Shown: positions 47,101 to 62,100 of the stretch, in pieces
How the letters are laid out: every line of letters begins with the position of its first letter
How positions within the stretch are numbered: position 1 is the stretch's first letter
NCBI GenBank assembly: GCA_964035545.1
Contig: OZ037767.1
Span: 12,571,801 to 12,635,800 of the forward strand
Source: Bugula neritina
Taxonomy: Eukaryota; Animalia; Bryozoa
DNA length: 64,000 bases
Direction of reading: 5' to 3'
Notes under the pieces: model-generated
What the model saw: only the letters and a program-made list of their open reading frames with translations
Databases searched by the model: none
Told to the model about the DNA's origin: nothing
Program-made: the position numbers and the translations under genes

Positions 47101-50100
47101 TCTGGAGTGAAGTCACTATCCAACACCTGCAGACAAGTGCCAACATACATGACAGGTGTCAGTATATGACAGATGTCAGCATACATTACAGGTGTCGACA
47201 TGCATGACAGGTGCTGACATTAATGACATACGTCAACATATATGACAGGTGTCGGCATACATGACCAGGAAATAGTAATGGAACAGCACACATCATAACT
47301 AGAGCATTGCTAATAAGCAATGCTAATACAGTTTTTGGGTTTTGCCCAATTAAATTCAAAATGGCAGGCAATAGGCTTTGATAACTGCATTATTCTATTA
47401 CAATATATTTATATATTTTTTTTATATTGTCATAAAAAGACAGTAAACGTTATTGTCAGAATTGATTGAGTCCAGTCAATATAAAAAACTAAATAGCTGT
47501 AAATACTGACACAAATAGTTTGAATGAGTCAAGGTCATACATATAATTTAGAACATTATACATGAAGCCCTTTGAATCGCATGATTAAATATTTTAAAGA
47601 ACCTTGATAAGAAGAATAATTACTAGTTTTCTGCAAGTAAGGTAACACATATCCATAACATGATACAAACAACCCTCGTAGTCAGAAACAAACCTTAATC
47701 GACTTGACAAGATGAGCAGTGTTGTTGGCCACGTCTTTAGCACTTTGTACAAACTGTCTCTTAGCAACCGGATTGTTTGTCTTGCCAGAAGCGATTCTGC
47801 AGGCGTTACACAACGCAGAGGTGTGTTTGGCTACAACAGTGGCTGCTGATAACACCTACAAAGAAGTTTAAAACTGGTAATCAGTAAAATAAACTTTAGT
47901 GTTCAGAATGTAGTTCTCAACTAACGATATACTTAAAAAATATATCAATTTCATTCTGTCAAGTATGAATATGAGAATTATCTACCTTGGTAAAACACAC
48001 TTAGTATAGCATTAACATTGAATTAAAACACCAAACAGCAATGTATAAAAAGTTACTTTATCAAATCACTTACGGGTTAGACAGAGAAAGTAATTAAAAG
48101 CATGCATCTTTCTTTATACAAAAGGTATAATTTTACAAATCCTATATCTAGTTTATCCCAAAATTTAGAGATCAATTTATTCTATATTGGAGCACAGAGA
48201 TCAATTTATTCTATATTGGAGCACAGAGATCAATGGAATGCTTCATGCATCAAACTTCATAAGCATTTAAGCTTCAGGGCTAAAAACAGATTACCACCAA
48301 TCAAAGTGCCGCACCACTCTCGTGAACAGATAGCCTGTGGCCCTACCTGGGACTGTGAACTAGTAGGGCTAGAAAGTGTCTGGCAGGCTTGCTGTATAGC
48401 CTGGTTAGCCCGAGAGAACTGAGACTGGTCTACAAGGCCAGGTTTGCCAGGTTCTGAGGCTTTGTCTGCAATGCCGACGAGGTAGGCGGACTGAGCAGCT
48501 GACTCCGTCAGAGTGCAGACAGACGAGGAAAACTGCCGCACAGAAACGCAGAAGGACTCCATGTTGGCCTCCCGCGAGTAAGTAGCTATACCTGTCAATA
48601 CAACAATTCACCTGAGGATCCACTGTCCAGTCAGCAGCTGAGATTAGAAAAAAATATTTATATTTTTCTACAAACAATTTCTGTTACCACTTTTCAAAAA
48701 ATGGCATGATTCGCTTTAAACTCAACATGGAATTATAGCATGTTGAGGGAGCAGCCGTGGTCTAGGGGTTAGAGCGTTTGCCTAGGAAGCACAAAGTCAT
48801 GGATGTGAGCCCCAACAAAAACCATTAGTGTTAGGAAGAGTATCCAGTCACAATTGCTATTGTGCCACATCTGGCTAAGTCCTTAGCCCAATTAACAAAA
48901 AACCCTTTCCATCAGGGGTTCTCATAGAGATGGCGATTATAAACTTGCGTGAGTTTATCATAGCATATTGAGCATTTAAATCCATGCTATGGTGCACTTC
49001 CTTTCAATTATACCATCAGGACAAGCAAGATCTACTTTTACAGTCGCTGCAGCAAGACACACTGTGAGTCACATATAAATGACTCACAGTGTCAAATGAA
49101 TAGAGTGCACCAGAGCACTTGACTCACCTGTCATAGCCTGTCCCAGTATACCAGACTTGTCAACAACAGTATCCAGACACTGGAAGTAGGAGTTGTCGTT
49201 AACCGGTTCATTAGGAGTGTCAAGCAAAGTGGCTGCTGACTGTATCTCCCTTAGAGCGCTGTCACACTCCTTCTGACCTGGTGCGGCCGTCGTACAAGTA
49301 TCTGAAACCGAGGGGAAAGTCAGAGTAAAGCCATTCCGAGAAAAAACTAAAGAACTCATGCAACTATTTTTAGTTTAATGAAAGCAGCGAAAATTGTTCG
49401 ACAGTTGAAAATACATCAAAATTATGGCAACACAGCAAACCAATAGTTTTGCTTTATCTCATTTTATGATATAAATTTGTTTCTGGTAGCTCAACTTTCA
49501 AGACATAAGTAATATCTAAAACTATGTAACATTAAACACCATAAATGTAAACCTATTAGGTACCCAAGTATCACTCTGCAAAAAGTTAAAATCAACAAAT
49601 AGTTTATCTTAAGTTTCTGCCCCTTAAACTCACCAATGAGGGAATTAATGCTCTCAGTAACATTCCTAGCAGCTTGAGCCAGCAGGTTCTTAGCATTTGG
49701 AGCGGTGGGGTCAGAGTGAAGTGACTTTGCTGCCAGCAGCAGCTTACTAGAAACTACGGACACGCCCTTAAGACCTCCGACAATCAGCTGCTGTGCCTGT
49801 GAATCCCTGTTGGCACCAGCCACAGTCATACCATCCTGCAATGTAACTGACCTATGGAACAATGTTTACTAGTCTACCCATCAGAGAGCATCATGTCTTT
49901 CAATTAAAGAAAAGGTTGCCTTTCAATTTAAAATAGTGGAATGGTGGAATTATATAAATAAGTGATATACAGAATATATTGTGCACAGTTACTTAAATAC
50001 ACAAAGGATACAAAATACAGGGTAGAGAGAATGGAATAGTGGAATTATATAATTTTCTATGTTACCCACAACTACTGAATGATATAAAGAAATCATATAT

Positions 50101-53100
50101 AATAAATTTTGGTCATAGTTACTTAGATTCACAACTGATTGTCCAACAAAATACAGCGTAGACAACTTCAATTTAATATTGGGGAACCGAAGAAACACTG
50201 ATGAAGGTAAATAAATATATACATTTGTATATTAGCAGTTTCACTGCAGTATAGGTATTATCTGGTGTCTTAGACTCTGGTTGTAGCTGAAATTTGCTCA
50301 CTGATTCGATCAAACAAACTATACAAAAAAAAAGTACAGATAAATTTTTGTTTCATCTGAGAACTGTATTCCAAAGTTATTCATCAATCAACTGAATGAG
50401 AGTTAGCCTAATTCTTGTATTTCATAATCAAATATCTCAATCTGCTGCAGAAGACAGCAACTTCTAGATAAAAACAATGCATTATGGGTTCATATCCACC
50501 CAGTTCTACTGACCATAATAAAAGCATTGTAACTAGTGCTGTAGGTATTGCTGCTGCTAGCTAGCTGTTGGGGGGTGCCTCTCGCTGCCGTCACAATCTC
50601 AGCAGCGGCAGCATTCAGCTGACTCGCCGACCCAACTAGAGAATCCTAAAACATAATAAACTATCACAGGATCAGTAACTCTTTCAGAATATAATAAATA
50701 CAATAACACCTGAGGAAATAGTATAGGCAATCACCTTGAATTATAAAGCCGGGTGGATGCATTTAAAATTTTATTCATCTATCATAGAAAGATGACTCAT
50801 GAATTTACACAATCATTTAATGCAGAAACTCAACAAAGTGCAGTTGTTAACTGAAATACTGGTAGTACTGTTTACTGATACTGGTAATACTGTTCACTGA
50901 TACTGGTAATACAGTTCACTGATACTGGTAATACTGTTCACTGATACTGAAAATGGGAAAGGAGCCACTCGTAAGTAAATGAATTATACATTACAGCATG
51001 CACGGTGTACAGTATAAAATAGTTAAATATATAACCATAGGAACTATAATACAAACACCACATTATGAAACAGGTGCTGCCCGTACCTGCAGAGTAGAGT
51101 ACGACCTGCCGTCAGCAGGAGGGAATCGTCCGGCAGCAAGTAGACCCTGAGAGTCGTTGATAGCTCTGAGGACATTGTCAATATCTCTCTGCCCGGGCAG
51201 ACAGTTGACACAAGAGTTGAGAGAGACAGACACTGCCTTGGCCACCTGCACGCAGAGAGAGTAATCATGTGATCAGCTCATGTGACCAGGTCATGTGACC
51301 AGCTCATGTGACCGGGTCATGTGACCAGCTCATGTGACCAGGTCATGTGATCAGATCATGTATATATAGAGGAAGATCATGCCACATTGAAACTTCCAAA
51401 TGAAAACATTTATTTCTGTAGAAAAAGGTGATCATCTGATAACCTCAAGAGACAGAGTGAAATGCAGTAAAAAGGTCTTTATTTATAGGATTACACAATG
51501 AAATTTGGGTCATGTGATCATGCCATATGATTGCTTAGTAATACGATCTTGTGCAGGTTAGGAGTGAGAGTTTATGTAATACAACCATCACAGCCATAGC
51601 TGTATAATAAACTACATAATTTAGCAAATTCAAGATGCTATCTAAACAAAGGTCATACTTTTTGTATGCACAACAAAATAACTAAATAGCAGTAGCAGTT
51701 ATTTCTTCACAGTTACAGTATAAATGTGCTACACCAAACACGGCAGGTTACCTGCGCCAATCTGGTTTGATTGTCTCTGTTGTTAGGGTCAGAAAGAGCT
51801 CTGTTGGCTTCCTCCAGCAGCCGAGAACTTTTATCCAACACATCACCAGTCGAGTCTACGAGTGCTCTCACAGTTTCCGGATTGTCTGAGGTGGCGCACA
51901 CGCCCCGCACAGCTGACACGAGCTGCTTGAGAGCAGAGGCTATGTCTTGAGCAGCATTACACGTGTACTCCTCGTTACCTGCAACAGGTCCACAGGCTAA
52001 AGCTTCTTTCTTTCAAAGTTTACCATAAACAAAAGCTATGCGCGAGTCAACATGAAAGCATCGAGATATGCGGCTGCCGGCTGTGAATTACATTCAGAAA
52101 TCTACAATGTTGTTTCAATAATTCTCGATTTGAAACAAAACCTACTCCATTGACTCGCTTGCTATATTCCAGCTTCAAATAACACTAAGCTAAATAATCC
52201 ATGGCTTCTATGCAATGAACAGGTGCGAGCTTCAACTGTACGCAGGCAAATTAGAAAAGGGAAGTGACACGCAGGTAAATTACTGAACACATACTAACCT
52301 TGAGCAGCAGCTGTGAGTAAAGCTGCCATTGCAGCTCCAACAGATTTAGAGGCGTGGCTCAACTGGATAGCACAAGACTCCGCCTACAAGAGCCAACCAA
52401 TTACAATACACAGTATGCCACCCAAGGAATGACATGCTATAAGTATTATTTACACCATTTTAATAGGTATAGGTAAAGCTTTCCACAGGTGAATGGAGAA
52501 TCAACATGCCACTCTCATCACTTACTGTCAACACCTTCTGAACTGGGAACAAGTTATCCACACACTAGTAATCCACAACAATTAGCTACAGTTAGCTATA
52601 GGCTGCACAGTTTAGTACAAAATGGTATATTTTGGTTCATGCCACCAATGTAATATCACATTTTATATCTTATTATATTATATTACATTATCCAATATAA
52701 TATAAAATAATACTATTACATTATAATGTATTATATTTTAATATATCACAGTACTGATACAATACAAATTATAATGTATAATATAACATATCATATTATA
52801 CATTATATAACATATAAATATTATTAGAGCATATATTATGCTAAACTATATTATAATGTATTGTAGTGTACCGTACCCTTATATGTATATTATAATATAT
52901 AATGCAATAAGCTGCAGTAGAGATTAATAGACATTTAACAAAATAATGGCCCAATACCAGTGAGCTGTTGATATTTAGTATCCATGGTTACAGGGTCAAC
53001 ACAGTTAATTCATTTAGAGGATATAAAAAACCACCAGCACTTACTGTGTTTTTATATTTCTAAAATTATACGTAGGTATGACAAAATCATAGTAAATAAA

Positions 53101-56100
53101 GTGCAATACCATTCATAAAACACATCTACATGTATATCTAAAATAAATCCAAAGAGTAGTATGCAAGAGTAAGTACTATAAAAGAGAAAGCATTATAAAA
53201 CATTAAGTACTATAGAAAAGTAGATACATAAAAGGAACAAGTATACAAAAAAGTAAGCACTAAAAGAGTAAGTATGGAGAATATTAAGCACAAGCTCTAT
53301 TTGATGTTGGTATTAAAAACAGTTGCAGAATGCATCAGATCAAATGCCACGTACACTAAGTTAAAGAATAACACTCAAAAATATAGCTACTGGGCTAAAA
53401 CAGATTACTAACAAAGACGCACCTCTACCCGCCCCATGACTTTAGACTTGCTAACTCTCAGTATATAGCTTTACAGTTAATAAACGCAAAAGTCTAGACT
53501 AATCAAAGACCTTGTGTGACACACAACAGTCCAACCTAGTAATATTGTGTGCAAATGACCTTTTACATGTCCCTGATAGTCTATTTTCAATCAAGAGTTG
53601 TTCTCACCATTGCTCAAGAAAAAAATTCTTTTTCGCCTACTTTTTAAAAAAACTCCCACAAATTCTTCCAACTTATTGAAATAATAATGTGTGTTACTGC
53701 CTGAATATTAATATTCTGTAAAAACACTTCTCCAGCTTAGTTTGAATTTTATGTAACAGTCTAACTTCAACATTTTTATGAGGCAGTTTTAGTTAGTAAA
53801 CTTAAAAATTGTACCACCATGGAGGAAACAGCTCTTGAAGAAATTGAGTGCAAGAGACATGAGAAAATGCTGCATTAGTACAACATATTAGATTGTAACT
53901 CGCCAACACTAGCAAGTTACTGTTGGTTATCATAGCTGAGAACAATTAGTATGAGATACTCACAGATTCTCCAGGGAGGGGTGCCAATGCCCCCTCTAAA
54001 GCAGCCCTTCTCATGTCTTGGAGCTCAGTCTCGAGTCCCCTAACCTGCTCAACTGCTCCTTCTATCTGCCTGCCGCCACAAACCTTGGAGAAGAAATGTT
54101 ATACTCAGGTAGAACCATGGCAATGGTTATATCATGTTTATTATTGAGTTTATATTCATCACACAATTATATTGCATAATGTGCTGACTTAGTGGCAGCT
54201 ATTACATAGTAACCATTTGTTACACCTAACTAGCAGCCCTAGCAATGGTACTACCATAACTGTTACTGTCAGTACTACAAACAGTGAGACTATCAGTGTC
54301 ACTGTGTCAGTAACTAACAGCAACTATACTGTGGTCTAGTGTGACTAAAACTGCTGAAAGTAAACAATTGCAAGACATTCTATATAACTAGAAGGTAAAA
54401 TCATCAGCTTGTATAGTACATTATTATGTTATTGAAAAAGCCGCAATATATTATCAGAAAGGATATCGATACACTAATTTCCAAACTATATTATTGCTAC
54501 AGTCATATTATATAACTAATAGTCAGTTATATAATATGATAGTCCTGTAATTAGAACACATGTTACAAGACTATCACTGAACTAGCAGCCAGAATAAAAC
54601 CCGTCAGCGTACCTCCTCAGCGCTATTGGCAGCAGCCTTAAGCTCAGCCAGGGCGACAGCAAACTGTCTGGTAGCGTTACTCACAGACACCTGCGCTGCC
54701 TGGTCACCGATAGTGGGCACAGCAGCTTTGGCAGCAGCACACATCTTACCTCCGGGCTGAAAGATAAAGTTGAGTCTCAGCAACCGTTAAACCAATTACT
54801 TTTCTTAGAAAAATCAGTCATAGTGAAGTATATCAGTACTAGTAAATAGTAGTAATAGTGAAGTATATTACCAGTATAGTACTCACTGGGTTAATCAACT
54901 CAATGTAGCAACAAAACTTATCAGGTAAAAAATACGGCTCAATTACCTGAGTTTACAAACTAATTTAGCTTGCTATACATTTGAAATTAGCGCAGAAGTG
55001 TCTGTCTGTCTGTCTGTCTAGAAAGTTATGCCGTCCAAGAGAAGTAGAAGAGACACAACATCTTTTTTTCTCACCTGTATGAGTGCCTTACTACTCTCTA
55101 TAAGTGTTCTAACTGCTTGAACACTCTCAGGGTTACGAGATACGTCCCTCATAGCAGCTACCAGCACCGGGATGTGATCCACAACCACCTTGCTTTGGGA
55201 GGACAACTCCAGTTGTGAAGGCTGATTCCTGTTGAAGTAGGCTGCTGCCTCGCTGGCGCTACTCAGCTGTGTGGCTCCGGAGCAAGCCTGGCCGGCAGCG
55301 GATTGGAGTCTTTGAAGCTGCTTCTTCTTCAGAGCGTTGTAAGCGGCAGCATTGGTGGCAGAGCGGAGGTCTTCAGCTGCCGTACATAACGTCTGCTGCT
55401 GCCGGGAATCATTGGGGTTACCAGCGCAGCCCTACAATATATCATCATACATACACAATAGTTAACATAATCATATATGTGTGCTGAGCTGAAGTGTGAG
55501 TATGAAAACCCCACATGAAAATGAGAATAGTACTATACACTCCTTTCTAGACGGGTCTAGTACTACACACTCCTTTCTAGAGAGGTCTAGTACTACACAC
55601 TCCTTTCTAGAGAGGTCTAGTACTATACACTCCTTTCTAAGGGGTCTAGTACTATACACTCCTTTCTAGAGGGGTCTAGTACTATACAGTCCTTTCTAGA
55701 GGGGTCTAGTACTATACACTCCTTTCTAGAGAGGTCTAGTACTATACACTCTTTTCTAGAGGGGTCTAGTACTATACACTTTTTTCTTAATATATCAAAC
55801 AAGCCTACTGTAGCTTCACTCATTGTAAATATGTTGAATGCTTCAACTTGGGCAGTTTTATATCTCCAGCTTTAATCAGGTAGTGGTGTGACAACTCAAA
55901 CCTTGTGATGCGCACATTAAAAAAAACTCATTTGGGACATTACTTGAATTACTCAGATTTTCAAGTAAAGCAACCATCAATAAAATCGCAAATGAATATT
56001 GTAACTGGATGAAAATCAAAGTTTCATCAGCCAAAAGAAAACCTAACAAATTTAGGTCGAAAGCATAAAAGGAAAGTTCCCGTCACTAGCCACCAGACCT

Positions 56101-59100
56101 TACCTTAGCTGCGTCCACCATTTTGTAAGTGGCGTCAGCGAGAGCTTGAGCCGCTGCCAGAAGCCTCTTCTGCAAGTCTGAGTCCGTCTGCTCCATGGCC
56201 TCTCCTTTGATAGCGGAAACCAACGTGGAGGAGGCCTGCGCCACCGACCTAGCTTGTCTTACCTGCGTGCGACAATATTACCTGCGTGTAACAATATTAC
56301 CTGTGTGCAACAATATTACCTGCCTGTAACAATATTACCTAGGTGTAATAATATTACCTGCAATAAAGCATAATACACCTATGAGCTGTATAGCTTTTAT
56401 TTAAGAAAGTTATGTTTTGTTAAAACTGTCACCATAAATAAGAGACTTGTCGAGGTAACATATAAGTGAAACCAAGAGTATAAATAAGATCTATTATAAC
56501 CACTAGCTAATCATAAAAAGAAAAGGTTTTAATTTTTTCTGAAAGCAAATACATGCCAATCCAATGAAAATGAGACCCCATGGTATGTTAGACATTGTAA
56601 CAAAATGTTAAAAAACTAATTCTTGGCTCAGCCAATAGGATCACTGGGACTACATCTAGTACACCCAGAGCACGGGGAAGAGATATTCTCACCATTTCCG
56701 GGGCATCGCCCATGGAGTTGAAGAGTTTATCTGTAGCGCTAAAAATGGAGTCAACGGCATCATCGTCCAGTTGTCCTCTGTGCTTTATGTGATTGAGTAG
56801 AGCGTTGAGAGCTTGGCTGACCTGTTGGGCAGCACCTGCCAGATCATCCATTAGTCCGTCGTCCTGACACGCCTCCTACAGAATATAAGCCACATGCTTA
56901 TTGGACGGTTTGTTCTAAACTGCATAGCTGTTGGCTAAGGCAACGCAATCTCATTCTATTAAAACAGCCTTTGTTAGTAATCTATGTGAACAATATTGGT
57001 ATCTAACAATAACTTCAACTAGCTATTCTGCTATTAGCGTAAATAATTAACAATAAATAAAAACTAAATATAGTTGTAAACAATGCAAGTATGAATTTAA
57101 ACACGTTGCAATACAAGAAACGCAGCACAGACGCAATCATTTAGATTTTAAACTCTTCAGTTTCAGATAAAAATTGCAGCTGAATTTCTGATTAAGTCAA
57201 CTTTTTTCAACCTTCTAGAAGCCTAAGTATTACTATACTGATCACAGAGAAACTAACAAAATGTTTAACACTCTGAAAATGTGTAACAAGTGAATGCAGC
57301 TGACCACACTATAACTACCTCAGAGTTATACTATGAAATACAAAGGCATACCTGTCCATTCTGTATGACTACCTCTACACTCCTGGCTACCAGTTTAGCT
57401 GCATCCACCACTTGTTCTTGACAAGCCGGATTTCCTATTGTTGGTGCTGCCACCTGGTTGTAATATATTACATCAACTATTATAATGCAAAGCTCTCAAT
57501 AGTCTAAAACTTCAGCAGAATAATTGTTAAGTTAGGGGCGCAGAGCGCTAAGCTCTCGTAGTGGCACTCTCAGCTAATAAAAAAGATAAGAGCCACTCAT
57601 GCTATGAATTTAGAGCTGAACCATTCATACTTACCTTCACCACAAAAGTCCGGGGAGAGAAAGAAAAAGAATAAATTCGTACAACAAAAAACATGTAACT
57701 TAAAGACACAACAACTACAGTAAGTAGTATTTAAATAATGGTTTCTCATTGTAGCCAATTTTAATGTCAATCATGAAGGTCTACAATCTGAGCAAAATAC
57801 ATTCTGATTGGTTTAACCAGAGATCCGGGTTCTTTAATCAGGTCAAAGGTTTTCTGCCACCCGGTGGTTGTTTCTGTATTTGTAGAAAACCTGAGATTTA
57901 CTGATTCCAACCAACAAATATTTTGCACAGAGTAGAAATATATTCTGCAGAGATACAAATATTTAAAAAAAGATCTTCAAATATTCAAAAAGATATCCTT
58001 GAGCCTTACATTGTGCATTTACATCACAATTTTTTCTCTTACATCATTATGGAAATTACCATCTAAACAAAAATATATTTAGATTCAGTAAATTTCAAGC
58101 TTTCTAGAGGTATAAAAGGGAGTAGAAAACCTTCAAAATTTTTGAATGACAACAGCAAAATTAAAATGAAATCACAAACTACAATTACCTTTCCAGTGTT
58201 GCGTAACAGCTAATAAAACCCAAAGAATTATTTGTTAATGCATTAGTATGTAAATAATAAGTCTGAATTCCCAGACAGGAAATTGTAACAAATAGACACC
58301 AGCCCCAGGAATAAACTTAAACCTCAAACTAATAACCAGAATCTCAAGTTATTGATGCTAAGTTTGAGTTTGAAATGCATGGGTTGCTTCTTCAAACCAA
58401 TCAGAAAACATGATTCATACTTGAGGCTAACCAATAGCATTCGTTTTATAGTTACAAGTAGTATTACCTTGGTACAGCCAACTAGCTGTGACGTTGCCAG
58501 GGCACACTGAGTAGCACTAGATATCACGCTATTTTGTAACTCCTGCTCAGCTGTGTTATTAGCTACGGCCTTAGCCTTCAGTACAAGGTTGGCGGTGGCG
58601 TTAGCAACTGCCTTAGCTAGGGCTAACAGGGCGTCCTCGTAGCTTGTGTCCTCACCATCGCTGTATCCCACATCCCTGATGATGTCTCCACTAGCCTCCC
58701 CTACCTGCGCACCATACACATAATGTAGTTACAGAGCTAAACTACGACCCAAATACAGCAGAGAAAATTTTGCACGGAGAAGCTTTCCTAGACAAGAAAG
58801 ATAGTCATGGCATAAAATAAAGCTGAAAGAGAACTGCTAAAATGCATCAGCAAAAATTATTAAATTCATTCTCGTTATTTTATACTTTCAATAAAATTAA
58901 AAATGAATTTCGAACAATGCAACTGAAGCAGGTTTAATGTTAAAAGCTTAAAGTTTTATTTCCAATCAAAATTTTGAATTGAAATAGCTACAGTGCCGGT
59001 TTATTAGTTAGTTGTGAAAAGTAGCAGGACGGGAAATAAATCAAATCCAGAAGAAGAGATTGGGGGCGTCAGACAGAGTGCCATAGACTATGACTTGTGA

Positions 59101-62100
59101 CTATGGCTATGAGAGGATTTGCATGTCAAAGAGAATGAAAGCCCATCACTTTATAGAAAGCTATCTAGTTATGAGTCAGGAAACACCAGTACTAAAAGTT
59201 TCAATCTAACCCCTCCCCCCCCCCTCGTGAGTCACTAGCAGAATATCACCTCGACATACCTTGGTAGCAGCACCCAATAGCGCTGTCCTAGGCTCCTTGC
59301 TGTCAGGTTGGGCAGCGTTAAGTAGATCACTGAGAGCCCCAGTCATCTTACGGGCAGCATCTAGTAGAGTCTGGCCATTTCCTCCCTCCTCATTCCTGAG
59401 AGCAGCTATCAGCTTCACATCTCTCGATAGTCCATGCATGTTGGAAGATCTGTGGAGTGATAAATAAACAATAAATGGAATCATGTATTTACTTTATAAG
59501 TCACTCATCAGCAGTCATAGATCACGCTACGTTCATCACACTGATGCAACCAAAAGACAAAACCACAAGTGTACATACAATTCCTACACTGTATATACAG
59601 TACTTACACTGTATGCACAACACTTACATTATACATAAAATACTTACATAGTATGTACGGCAGAGCCAACGCCGGAGTAGTCCGGCTCGTCGTAGCTGTT
59701 GGACGTCATGTTGATTATCTGAGCTGTGGCAGCGTTTACGGCTGACAGATGGGAGCTGACGTTCTGCTTTGATACGTCAAACGTGTTGTTCCTCCATTTC
59801 CGAGAAGCCTGGATATATATTTTATTGAATGTAGCGAAAATCAGTCACTTATATTACTATTTTGGAGTTATGTTCTCTACATACTTATAAATTCCATATT
59901 ACATCATTTTGTAACCTGCTTCCTGGTTACCCATAATCCCTCTCTTTTGTTTCTGTTTCCATTAAAATACATTGCTGAACTATATTCCTAAACTGAATAA
60001 TTCATTTACATCTAAGTAAATCAACATATTTTAAAGGATTGCTCAATCTTAGTTTAATACAATCACATTATAATTATGAACTATAATCTAATGTGTATGC
60101 AAACAATTGTGGCTTTGCAAAGGGATATGTGCCTAGAAAACAGCTTTTCAAAATTCCAATTTTGAGGGAGGTAAAATTTTCAGCCATGAAAAAGAATAGC
60201 CTAATACGTGACGTGTGAACGCCAGTAACTATGCTGCACGTGCTAACTATAACGCTAGTATTCAAGGTTGCTGGGCACAACATCAACCAATAACGCTCAA
60301 GCAGTTACAGTGCGCTATATAGGTCAGCTTTGGTGTGCCCGTAATATTGTACAATCTAACCTAGTTTAGATCGATCGCAGGCATTCATCCTAAAGAATGC
60401 ATGTTTTTGCAAGGCTTTTTTCTAATGTTTACAAGCAAAATATAGCCTAATGTTATCACATACATGTTATTTAAAATGTCAAAAAACTATAGATTGAGAT
60501 AATTCACATTTGCACTTCTATAAATATACAAATTACAAGCTAAAAGATTACATCTCACAGTCATATTTCTATAGTTATTCATTTGTATAGTCACGTGACC
60601 AGCAGGAATGCTGGCGCTGTTACGTCACATTTCCCAGCTCATTTCAAAATCGGCGTTTTGGCTGTTACCAATCTACACCCTCAACTTCAACTAACTTTTT
60701 CTACCTTTGGTCAAATGCTTTTTGTCAATGCATGCTTAGAAAAACACAATATTATGTGTGTTTGACCTAAATGGCCATTTATTAGACAAGATAGAGCAAT
60801 CCTTTAATGCAGCTTATTATTAGAATCCCAAGTGCTGTGAAAACATAAGAAGACAATTCTAAATAGTTTGAGTGCCACATAAATGTGATTTCAAAAAGAC
60901 AATTAGTTATAGTTTATTTCATACATGCCATGTCAACTAATAACTGTTGAACAAAACAGGACCTGTTTAGCCTCACAACAGAACAAACTGAAGTCACACA
61001 TACTCATGCATACACTTTAAATGTTGAGATATTACAGTGCACAGTTCACATACAAGTAGCACCATATAGTACAGTACTAAAGAAGGTACTAGCAATGACC
61101 TCTAGCGGTGAACTTACAGCGTCGTCGCCGAGGTGGGGCAGGTCAGGTCTGCTCTCAATGTCGTTCTCTGCATTCTGAATACCGGTTATGGCGGAACTGA
61201 TAGTACCTAGTAGAGCTCTCTGACTCTGGTTGAGTCCAGCATGCAGGGCGGAGTTCTGACCCTACCGCACCAAAAAATCATAGCAAGCATTAGAACTCAG
61301 TCAAAGCCAAGGTAGGAAAGCAGTGAAACCATATATACAACAAATATATACAAGTTAGTCAAGTGAGCAAATGAAAGGTTGGCAAGATTCATTTCACATA
61401 AAATACCTATAATAAGAGTGAGTCAGTTTTAGTGACTTGTTTGGAGCTAAGGCTGAGCTATTGTGACTCGGCAAATACAGGAGTTATCTACCTTCGTCAG
61501 TAAAGTTAAAGACTACAGCACCAACTCACCCTACTGGAGTTGGGGGCAAAGTGTTGAATGCCAGAGCGGCTGTTGACTGTAGGGAATTGAGCTTGGCCCA
61601 TGCTCCTAACATCATAGTAAGGTGGGGGCCCGTTTGTACTGTTCCGTATAACACCAGGAACCGCGACACTCTCCATTGTGGCGTGGCCCTTCTTAGATGT
61701 GTTGTGTTGGATTATAGTGGCTCTACAGAATACAGCGTTGCGATTGGCTAATCTGGAATAGCGCTTATACAAAGTAGATAAGAGTCAGAAGTTATATTCT
61801 CTTTAGTGTACATGCTACTAGCTACCATTACATGAAATGGAAGAAAAATTTTGTTGGGAGTAAAACTGTAATTATAAAATTTAGAACTAGCAGCTTTTTG
61901 TCAACAACAAAAACCATAAAACATTTTAGGTATTTTTTACTAAAAATTATGTTTTTAATTCTAAATTTTATAAATTTGAATCCAATAGTCTTAGAGCTTT
62001 CCTAAATCCTACAGAGCCATGTACATGACTAAAGACACCTAAGAGTTGTTGAATCTATAAGATATGTTCGATATAAAAACATTTTCTATAGCATATGTCA

